From NCBI RefSeq assembly GCF_964355755.1, contig NC_092675.1, positions 25,392,912-25,456,911 of the forward strand: a DNA stretch of 64,000 nt, written 5' to 3'. This DNA comes from Antedon mediterranea. Lineage: Eukaryota; Animalia; Echinodermata. Position 1 is the stretch's first letter. Each line of letters begins with the position of its first letter. The translations under genes were made by a program, and so were the position numbers. Of this stretch, positions 54,773-64,000 are shown piece by piece. The notes beneath the pieces were generated by a model. The model worked only from the letters and a program-made list of their open reading frames with translations. It had not been told where the DNA came from and did not search any database.

Positions 54773-55969
54773 TTAAGGACTTGTAATTTTGTCAAAAAAT
54801 CTCAGACACTGCATGCTGGTAATTATGATAATATATAGAAACAAGATTGACTGAACTGATAGGAGAAGTATTGTAATAATAGGATTAACGAAAGTTTTAG
54901 ACGTACGAGGAGGTTGAGATTCATCAGTAGTGTGAGGTTTTACAGAAGCATCAGTATGTGATGTATCCGCCATCCGCCTGGAAACTTCTGTGCTAGTTTC
55001 GTACGTTAACAATTCTTCTATTTCAATCTTCATCGTCGTTGATTTTAAAACATCACCATCGTAAACTGTACACGTTATGTTCTCTCCTTGCATTTCATTA
55101 CTGACATTTCTGATAAACAACTTGTTTGGTGAATTTTTTTTTCGTATTGAATTGCCAAAAATAAAATCATTTGTTGAATTCCATCGAAATTGGATTTCTT
55201 CTTTGTTTATATTTTTATAATTCGCTGAAGTTTGAGGTTTCCTTTCAAATGCGTTGCACCAAATTGTTGCCGATCTGTTAAATATAAATTCAGTTGCATC
55301 CATTTTGACCACAATATGACGTTTGATAACAACGGTAGATGTACACAAATGTACGTCATTCGTTTTCATTGTGCATGTGTAATCAGTTTCCTCGTATCTA
55401 TCCATTGCTATGAACATAGCACTACTAATAAACTTGTTCTTATGTGTGATATTAGTAAAAACTGCGTGTTTAGGAAATTGTTCCGCATCCCAGTGCAGCT
55501 TCAAAGATGGATACGGGTATGTTTCACAATTTAATGTGACATTTTCACCAACAATGTACTCTGATTTTGAAGGGATACATACCGGGTCTGAAGGTATTGG
55601 CAGCACTACTAGTTTCTTCTTAGCAGAATTAACAATTAATCCATCGCCTTGATATATACATTCGTAAACGCCACTGTCTGTTCTCGTTAGATTTTGAAGA
55701 ACAATTTCTAGTCTCTCTTTGCCATTTATCGTCGAATTTATAGTATTCATTTTAAAAACCTTATCACCTTTTTTCCAAATTGTATTGTCAATGATGGTTT
55801 CTGCTAAAGATTCCATTTCAATATCCAAATCACAATAAAATGTAAACGTTTTGCCAACAACGACATAACTAACATAATTTTCAGGATAGCATTGTAGAAC
55901 AACAGCTGACTTAATTATGGGCAAGAAGAGAAGAAACAGGTAAACGAGAAAATGTAACAAACGACTCAT
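54773..55969 (-). CDS. Ig-superfamily type-I membrane receptor, copy B: ectodomain nearly identical to copy C, TM plus ~11-aa tail (~398 aa)
   Basis: Uninterrupted ORF from ATG 55969. Three Ig-like domains differ from copy C by ~3 residues before the stalk. TM/tail FVNPIITILLLSVQSILFLYIIIITSMQCLRFFDKITSP matches copy A. Confidence 0.85.
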   Translation of the reverse strand: MSRLLHFLVYLFLLFLPIIKSAVVLQCYPENYVSYVVVGKTFTFYCDLDIEMESLAETIIDNTIWKKGDKVFKMNTINSTINGKERLEIVLQNLTRTDSGVYECIYQGDGLIVNSAKKKLVVLPIPSDPVCIPSKSEYIVGENVTLNCETYPYPSLKLHWDAEQFPKHAVFTNITHKNKFISSAMFIAMDRYEETDYTCTMKTNDVHLCTSTVVIKRHIVVKMDATEFIFNRSATIWCNAFERKPQTSANYKNINKEEIQFRWNSTNDFIFGNSIRKKNSPNKLFIRNVSNEMQGENITCTVYDGDVLKSTTMKIEIEELLTYETSTEVSRRMADTSHTDASVKPHTTDESQPPRTSKTFVNPIITILLLSVQSILFLYIIIITSMQCLRFFDKITSP

Positions 55970-56702
55970 GTTGATAGAAACAAAATATCGATTTTGTCTG
56001 AAAACGGTTGTTCTGTACACTCTTTGATATATCTATCTCAGTCGATGATGACAGTACAATAACACAATACAAATATTTGTGCTCCTATGTTAGTTCGGTA
56101 ACTATTCTGATTCTAGGCCTTGATGGTTCCTTTTATACTGAACTAATGATGTTCCCGGATTTATGGGGTATACTGTATAGTTTCATTATGAGTTTCAATT
56201 GTTTTTAATTCTTATTAATATATAATAATTATTATCAACTATTTATTAGAGATAGAAACAGCAGTTCGATTTTACTTATAAGTTAATTTCACTTTATTCA
56301 TCTTGTAATAATACAAAATTTATAGAAATTTTAATATAGGAAACAAGATAGAACGAGTCGGCTATGAGAACTCTATGAAACTCAATTAAAATATTTGTTT
56401 AAACTTGTATTGATAGACTGAGTAAAAGCAAGTTATTTCTTCACTCTAAACAAAATAAAATTAAACGTTAGCAACTTTATTTTGTGTTGTGATGTGCCAA
56501 GAAAGCAGTTATACCAAGATGAGCAGGCATCTCGCCAAACGCAAAGGAATAATGCTGATACACATTCAAATAATTAATTAATTCAATTTATTTATTCTTA
56601 TAAAACACATTGTAAAATCACAATACACTATACAGTAAAAAGTACAAAACACAAAATGTTAAAGAGACTTAAAAAAACACTACAAATTATGAAAAAGATA
56701 AA

Positions 56703-57145
56703 CACATGATCTCTGAAAATATTATAAATACATATTTTACTAAACCAAACAAAATGTTTTAATTCAACAGTTGATTATAATGGTAAACAAAAATGTAAAC
56801 TCTATTATACACATTAGCAGTAATATAGGTAAATTTATCTCAGCAAATACTGTTTTTTAAACAAAAACAAAATGTAAATGATTAAAACGCTTTGAAGAAA
56901 ATGATTTTTATAAAGTAACATAATCACGTGATCTCTGAAAATATTATAAATACATATTTTACTAAACCAAACAAGATGTTTTAATTCAACATTTGATTAT
57001 AATGGTAAACAAAAATGTAAACTCTATTATACACATTAGCAGTAATATAGGTAAATTTATTTCAACAACTACTGTGTTTTAAACAAAAACAAAATGTCAT
57101 AAATTGTTCAAACGCTTAAAAAAAATTATTTTATAAAATAACGTA
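56703..57145. repeat. ~222-bp diverged tandem duplication downstream of copy A
   Basis: CACRTGATCTCTGAAAATATTATAAATACATATTTTACTAAACC starts at 56703 and at 56925. Confidence 0.9.
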
Positions 57146-57343
57146 AGTTGTTTGTAATCACGTTTGTATTCATCACGGAAACGAAATGTACAATTAGAAA
57201 GAAATTTTTCTCATCTACTGTAAGCAAACTGAAAATAGCAGAAACGCTTACAGCCAAATGCTTTTATATAAGCTATAGACTATATTACTACACATATTTT
57301 TATTACGCTTTTGATACATTTAAATCTATACATTATGGATACA

Positions 57344-58528
57344 TTACGGACTTGTAATTTTGTCAAAAAATCTCAGACAAAGAAGACTCGTAGCTATTAT
57401 AAGATATAGAAACATGATTGACTGAACTGATAAGAGAATCATTGTAATAATAGGATTAACGAAAGTTTTAGATACCTCAGTAGGCTGGGATTTATCAGAA
57501 GCATTATGATGAGAGTCATCATCTATTGTATGAGTATCTATGCCAACGTTTGTGCTGACGTTCGCCAAATGTTCTTCTATTTGAATTGTCATCATTGTTT
57601 CTTTCAAACTACCATCAGCGTTTACTGTACACGTTATGTTTTCTCCGTGCATTTCACTTGAAACATTGTTAATGAACAACTTATTTGATAAATTAGCTTG
57701 TTGTATTGCATCACTAAAAATCGCATTGTTTGATGAATTCCATCGAAATTGGATTTCTTGTTGTTTTCTGATATTAGTATAAAATGAAGTTTTTTGTTTC
57801 CTTTCAAAAACGTTGCACCAAATTGTTGCTGACTTGTTAACCATAAATTCAGTTGCGTTAATGTTGACTACAATATTACGTTTAATACCAATGGTAGATG
57901 TACACAAATGTACTTCATTCGTTTTCATTGTACATGTGTAATCATTTCTCTCATCTCTATTCATTGCTATGAACATAGCACTACTAATAACCTTGTTCTT
58001 TTTTGTGGTATTAGTAAAAATTGCGTGTTTAGGAAATTGTTCCGCATCCCAGTACAGCTTCAAAGTTGGATATGGGTATGTTTCACAATTTAATGTGACA
58101 TTGTCTCCGACAAAATATTCTGATTTTGAATTGTTACATACCGGATCTGAAGGTATTGGCAGCAATATTAGTTCCTTCTTAACAGAATTACCAAGTGATC
58201 CGTTGCCTTGATGATATATACATTCATAAACGCCACTGTCTGTTTCCGTTAGATTTGGGAGATTCATTTTTAGCCGCAGTTTGCCCTTTACCATTGAGGA
58301 ATCCGTAGTGTAAATTTCAACATTATCATCTTTTTTCCAAGTAGTATTGTCAATTATGGTTTTTGCTAAAAATCCCTTTTCAATATTCAAATCACAATAA
58401 AATGTAAACGTTTTGCCAAGAACGGCATAATTAACATCATGTTCAGGATAGCATTGTAGAACATCGGTTGATTTAATTATGCAGAAGAAAAGAAATAGGT
58501 AAACGAGAACATTCAATAAACGACTCAT
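57344..58528 (-). CDS. Ig-superfamily type-I membrane receptor, copy A: divergent three-Ig ectodomain, TM plus ~11-aa tail
   Basis: ORF 57344-58555. ATG 58528 aligns with the starts of B and C; an upstream in-frame ATG lies at 58555. Same Cys/Trp framework (DSGVYEC, VTLNC, TIWC, ITC). Tail CLRFFDKITSP. Confidence 0.85.
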   Translation of the reverse strand: MSRLLNVLVYLFLFFCIIKSTDVLQCYPEHDVNYAVLGKTFTFYCDLNIEKGFLAKTIIDNTTWKKDDNVEIYTTDSSMVKGKLRLKMNLPNLTETDSGVYECIYHQGNGSLGNSVKKELILLPIPSDPVCNNSKSEYFVGDNVTLNCETYPYPTLKLYWDAEQFPKHAIFTNTTKKNKVISSAMFIAMNRDERNDYTCTMKTNEVHLCTSTIGIKRNIVVNINATEFMVNKSATIWCNVFERKQKTSFYTNIRKQQEIQFRWNSSNNAIFSDAIQQANLSNKLFINNVSSEMHGENITCTVNADGSLKETMMTIQIEEHLANVSTNVGIDTHTIDDDSHHNASDKSQPTEVSKTFVNPIITMILLSVQSIMFLYLIIATSLLCLRFFDKITSP

Positions 58529-59482
58529 TCTGAACAAAATGAAATGCTTCCACATGTAGAAATATATCGGTTTTGAAACAAAAAACAGTTACTTTGAACA
58601 CTGACTACTGATTGACGATTACAGTCAAATGATAGCAGTATACATTAAAGAATGTGTTGTGGTTTGACAAAATCTTGTTGACGGTTTGTTTATTATTGTA
58701 CGTCATCATTGTTAGTTTCAATTGTGTTGAATGTTATAATTACTTCACTTAATTATTGGAAATTACAACAAAGGTATTTCGATTTTATTTATGAAACCAA
58801 ATTCAATTAAATTAACTTTATTCATCTTTTCATAACAACCTTCTATACAAGTGATAGAAGGGAACAGCAAGGGGCATGTACAGAAATGTTTTAAATTATT
58901 AACAAACAAACTTTACTTTATGGATTGAAATGGTGATGCCATGTGTATAAGAATACAGGTTATATCTAAGGATAAGCAAGCTATGGACAAAATGAATTAA
59001 ACAATAGTACCCGTATTTAACTGCAATATAAATACCGTTGAGGTGTTAATAGTATCAAGTGTTATACATGTGTCATGTGGCGGAAATAACAGTGTTAAGT
59101 GTCAAACAAAGACTAAACTTGAAATGGGTAAAACGAGTAGAATCATAATTATTTTTCTGCACAAGCTACCAGTAAGTGCATTTGTTAGAAACTGTTATAT
59201 AATGTGATATATCGCTGTAGGCCTATACGATTAATAATAACAAATACTGTAGGTCATAGTGTTGTTACAAAAAGTTGCTTGTATTATTCTACATTCTATG
59301 TCTTCGCTTTCTATCTTTAATTTCGTTTCACACTCAATGCATTGTTTGGCTTATTTAATATATTAATTAAAAATTGTAAAATTAAAAATGTCTATTCTAC
59401 TCCCATACGCTATAACATAATGCTTTTTTCATTATTATATTATTTTATTATAGTGAATAGATTACAAATATAATGTGAACTA

Positions 59483-62010
59483 TCATTTGAATTCTACAAC
59501 AATTAATTTTGTTTCTTTGATTGTCACACTTAATTCGTCTTCTTCTTTTGAGTCTGTTTCACGGCACGGTATGTTAAATTCACATGCGGTTTCCTGAGGG
59601 CCAATCATATAGCAGATAGACTGAAAGAAAAACGTTGAATACGCCAAACTGATTGACATTATCAACGTCAGAAATACGGCCATCTGTTGGTATATCAGAG
59701 TAATTGCTGGAAACATACATACTCCCGGGACAAATGTTGAAAATGCCGCCATCGTGATTGCTGGAGCTAATGATCTGATCGAGAAACAGACACGTGACTG
59801 CCTATCGGGGAAAGGAGCCAATCGGTATGCAACACCATAATGAATAGTGAAATCAACGGACAAACCTACGGCAAGAGAAAAAATGACAGATTCCATTACA
59901 TTCAATTCCCAACCAAGTAACACCAAGCTTCCAATCGTGACAAAAATAGTCCCCATGATTGATAACATAGCAAACGTAGATAAGAGAACATTCCTTGTCA
60001 CGATGAACAGAACAACTGCAGCCAAACCAATTGAAGATAACAATGCAATCGAACCATTTTTTACTAAACTCTTCTGAAGATCGTAGAAATACATTTGTAT
60101 CATCTTATGATCTGTAATAAACCAACCACCAGATAAACTTTCTGGGGCCGTTGATATTTCAGTTTCTGACCATGAGTTGACGCTTGACCAGTACTCATCC
60201 ATCGGTTTATACATACGTGATGCTGTATAATTGCTAGGAAACTGTAGCCTAGCGCCCAAGATATTTTTATTGTCATAAAATATGTAATTTTTATATTTCG
60301 GATACAGTTCTAAAAATTTAGGAAGACAAAGTCTGAAGGTATCATCATCAAATGAAGTATTGTACATGCCACAACAAGTTTGATTATTTATCGTAGAACA
60401 ATAACGAGACATAAAACTGATAAACGCCTCAATGAAGCAACTCTCATGTCGAGAATTGGCTTCATAGAAATCCTGCATTCTAACCATTGAGCAGAAATTT
60501 AGCATCCATTGCTGAACCTCTGGTGTCAAATTTAAAGGTTTGTCAAAAACTAAACGACCTCTATCGTCGGGATTCCAGTGATCGCCGTTATCTACTGGTT
60601 TCACTCCCCAGATGAATTGCATATTCAAGATTGAACTACCATCACTATCTTTTTCAAATCGAAATAGTTTTTGATATTTTGATTCATAAATTTCTATCAT
60701 ATTTTTATCGTTGAAAACAGGGAAATTTGAAGTTGGAAGTTGTAAACCTGGCGACACAAACACAACAAACGCTCCAACAAGTCCCATAAGTGAAAATAAA
60801 ATGATCCACAACAACCTTAACTTGATTACTAAGAAAGGTATCCACTTTTTAAAAAGTGCATCAGAAAGATTCGTAATTTTCTGATTGAGGTCTAGAAAAC
60901 ATTTAGTGTTGAACGTAAACCGTTGCATGAATGGTGATCGTTGGATATACTCATTTATAATAACAATCGCAGGAAGCCAAGATAGTGTTAAAACAAAGTT
61001 AAACAAAATTGCTGTTCCTGCATAAAGACCAAAACATTTTACTGCAGTAATCGAGCTTATCATATTAACAAAGAAAGCAGAAGAGGTCGTTAAGCTGGTG
61101 ACAAACATGGTCGGAGCTGCGTGTCTAAGAGTTCTTGCCATTACGTTCACAATGCCCTTTTCACAAACGTTTGACTCGTTCCAAATCTCCAGAAACACAA
61201 AAGTGTCATCTGCACCGATTGCAACAATAAGTAATCCTGTTGTCACAGCCAGAAAGGGAAAAAACTCCACTCTTGCGATGACAATATACGTAAAATAAGC
61301 TAAAACCAACGACAGAACGAAATTTAGCAATGTCATGCATGTGATGAATAATGATTTACTGTAGAACCATATAACAAGTATAATACAAGATGCGCTTCCT
61401 CCTACCAGAAATGTATCTTTCCAGAAATAATGGAAAAAGACGCCATATTTATCCACTTTTATAGCCACAATTTTACTTGCACCATTTTCCACAACCCTTT
61501 CCCGTTTAAACTCACTGTCTAATATATCATATAGTATTGCTTCGTTCTCTTCTTCAAGAATAAACGGTATAAATACCAATGTTGCTGTTAAATTATATGG
61601 GAAGTCTCCTGCATCTGTTTGTTCATTAACTTCATTGTTATAAAATTCCGAATCAGTCAAATAATGGAGCATGTCATAAACTGCATTTAGTTTAGTGCAA
61701 TTTTTTGGTACATTGCAATTTCTTGTAGCGCAATTGTGATGTAGAAAAAAATTGAGATAATAACTCGAACATTCTGAGAAAAGATCACGTGCTGTATCTA
61801 CGTCATTATCTGCTATGTCTTCACAAGTCGTTTTATTGCTAAGATGTAGTACAAAGTCGGCGACCGACAGTAGAGTACAACTCGTGAAATTATTGTAATA
61901 ATTATTTTGTATTCGTCTTTGCCAGTTACATATTGATTGTAGACCATTCTTGGTAAATAAGTTAGTCTCGGCAGTATTAGAGGTGAACACTACTGCCATA
62001 TAGTCTTCAT
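59483..62010 (-). CDS. disp: Dispatched-family RND/sterol-sensing-domain protein, large terminal exon
   Basis: 838-aa ORF with SSD, IGADDTFVF (61205-61216, GxxDD-type), WGVKPVDNGDHWNPDDRG and GLSVDFTIHYGVAY. Acceptor TTTCAG before 62010 keeps frame (G|AT GAA GAC TAT ATG). Confidence 0.92.
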
Positions 62011-62314
62011 CTGAAATACAATGTTAGATGTTTATATATTTGAAAAATATTGCAGATATTTTGTTAACTTTTCGTCCATAGGATATGTTAAAAATACGAA
62101 TATTTGCTTGATTAAAGTAGCCGTCGCCTATACTGTACAATATATAGAATTGTGCATCATTGCCATCCTTTCTTTAAAATACAAAATTAGGAAACTCTTC
62201 AAAGTCTATTAGAAATAATGCTGAAAATAAACTTCCATGATATCTATCAAATGGGTTGTTGTTTGTTAATTATATTTTAAACTAAGTTTGCGATTAAAAA
62301 GTAAAAAAGATTAC

Positions 62315-62750
62315 CAATAGTTAAACAATCAGTTTCACTTCTCGACATTCGGCGTTGACGATCGTGTATTACAGAAATCTCAACAGGTGAAGAGTTATAT
62401 GTTTTTAGACTTTCCCACATCAATAATTCTGATGATTGCATAGTAATGTTAGGCATGATTAAGTTATTTGTTGTTGTTGATGATGATAATGAGGATGATG
62501 TTTTAGTGTCTTTTGATTCTGTTTCTTGCGCCAAAACACTTGTAATGCTTTCAAGCATAGTTTCTGATGTTGTAGTAGTTGCCAAACTAGTTATTACAGG
62601 TGATGCATAGTTGTTAACTTGTATGGTATAAGCGTCTGCAAGTACACTTGGCGGAGTAGTAAAAAGAGAATTTGGAATGGAGGCTGCATAAATAAGGTGA
62701 TGTGCACTAATCAGTCGTTTTGATATCAATGTTCCTCTTGCTTCAAATCC
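62315..62750 (-). CDS. disp: Dispatched-family gene, internal exon (GFEARGT...S/T-rich...RQRR)
   Basis: TAG acceptor and GT donor. 436 bp, phase-compatible with both neighbours. Completes the Dispatched-type DFSDPxx|GFExRGT motif across the junction. Confidence 0.88.
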
Positions 62751-62884
62751 CTACATTTTAAATTGAAAACATAACATTGATTAAAATAATAATAACGATG
62801 CAAACATCATGACCAGTGATATTATTATCTGAGAGAACGTACATAGTCGAAAGTCTGATGATATTTCAATTTGCGGCAATTTAA

Positions 62885-62976
62885 AACCGATTTTCCACTA
62901 GGCGGATTTGATGCGTAGAGAGAGGGAATTGGAAGATGGAAACATGACAACAAATTCGCCTAGTGGCAAATCGGCT
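62885..62976. mobile_element. 92-bp Tourist/Harbinger-type MITE in a disp intron
   Basis: 26-bp TIRs AACCGATTTTCCACTAGGCGGATTTG / CAAATTCGCCTAGTGGCAAATCGGCT (3 mismatches), TAA on both flanks. Confidence 0.75.
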
Positions 62977-63064
62977 TAAAGAAATGTTAATTTCTTGTGT
63001 TGCAATCCTCAATTCTAATGTTGACAGTAGACCTACTCCTACTTTAGTTTAAGAAAACAATTAC

Positions 63065-63194
63065 CTTTGATGGGTCACTGAAATCTGGTATTGGATGCTT
63101 TGTTAAGCTGTAAACTGCACAAACAACCACACCAAGAAATATAATAAGCACAATGGTTAAAGATGAACGCACGTTGGTTAATATTTCGGCATAC
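63065..63194 (-). CDS. disp: Dispatched-family gene, exon encoding TM1 (YAEILTN...PIPDFSDPSK)
   Basis: TAG acceptor, AAG|GTAATT donor, 130 bp, hydrophobic TM1 followed by PDFSDP. Confidence 0.88.
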
Positions 63195-63400
63195 CTACAA
63201 TAACAAAATTCATTGTTATTCTTGCTGAATAAATACATGATAATTGTGAATACACAAGTATGGATTTAACGAAAAATGAAACAGGGACCTATCGAATCTT
63301 TTTTTAAATAAATACCAATGTAAAGCCTATTACTGTCTGAAAAAAAAAAAACTGTATATTTGGATCAATATTTTATTTAGTAAGCTTCCTCCATTCTTAC

Positions 63401-63514
63401 TTAGTTATTAAAGTTTTCCAGAAATCGTCACTTTCTGCAGTAGTTCCAGTAGGCCTATCTGTAGAACCGTTCTTTTCTGAATACTCTGCTGCAGTTATAT
63501 GTACATCTTCATGA
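63401..63514 (-). CDS. disp: Dispatched-family gene, probable N-terminal cytoplasmic exon
   Basis: TTTTATTTAG acceptor, AA|GTAAG donor, 114 bp open in the required phase (HEDVHITAAEYSEKNG...DFWKTLIT K). Confidence 0.65.
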
Positions 63515-63682
63515 CTAAATAAAACATATAATAAACCATTCATAAACTGTACAACTTTTAATGTATGATGTTATTCATTACAACATAACAACATCACATT
63601 CTTTCACCAATCTTGCAACTACCATTACAAACAACATTGCTGAATAATTTGCTCCTTTTCTAACTATCAAAGTTCTTGTTAC

Positions 63683-63771
63683 CTTAAAAACGATTTTGCA
63701 GCAATTACTGGATCATCGTGTAAAACCACTGCCTCATGACGGATTTCATCTAACTCCGTAGTCTGGATCGT
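63683..63771 (-). CDS. disp: Dispatched-family gene, possible further upstream exon (the gene start is probably beyond the window)
   Basis: AG|GTAAC donor, open in the compatible phase (TIQTTELDEIRHEAVVLHDDPVIAAKSFL S). Acceptor position uncertain. Confidence 0.5.
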
Positions 63772-64000
63772 CTTGAAAATTAATAATAATGAACAAATCA
63801 ACTTATTTAATTACGGTAAAGGCCTAAACTCAAGTAGCGAAAGTTCATTTATTTTGGTCTTGTTTGTCATATATGTGAATACATTTTCTATATTATGTTA
63901 TGAGAGTGACAAATAAAGTATTCACACTTTATAACAATAAATGATACGTCTAACTCCCACCCTATTAGCAATGCGTTGCAATTATGTTTCAGTACGGTAA

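Noticed and set aside
51753-58555. Assigning a known symbol (nectin, CADM, SIRP, Alr, Boc/Cdo Hedgehog co-receptor)
   Set aside because: Only the general three-Ig architecture is shared. There are no FN3 domains (excluding Boc/Cdo/Ihog), and I see no diagnostic sequence similarity.
53136-61298. Plus-strand ORFs overlapping the Ig and disp genes
   Set aside because: Antisense shadows of real coding sequence, repeated only because the genes are duplicated.

Overview
AT-rich eukaryotic (animal, probably marine invertebrate; this is inference) genomic DNA with spliceosomal introns. The first ~51 kb has no convincing host coding exon. It is littered with non-autonomous or decayed transposons: a Helitron, several PIF/Harbinger elements (two carrying Myb/SANT-like remnants), a hAT-like element, a Kolobok-like element with THAP and P2X7-ballast/KolX-like relics, an RTE LINE fragment with TSD, SINE relics and tandem duplications. 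The last 12 kb holds, all on the minus strand, the 3' part of a spliced Dispatched-family (RND/SSD) gene and a tandem cluster of three single-coding-exon type-I membrane receptors with three Ig-like domains. The most striking observation is that cluster. Copies C (51753-53873) and B (54773-55969) have almost identical ectodomains, but C has a ~315-aa tyrosine-motif/ITIM-bearing tail while B has the TM and ~11-aa tail of the divergent copy A (57344-58528). This is the architecture of a paired (inhibitory versus truncated/decoy) Ig-receptor system homogenised by gene conversion. All alignments were done by eye; no database searches were run.
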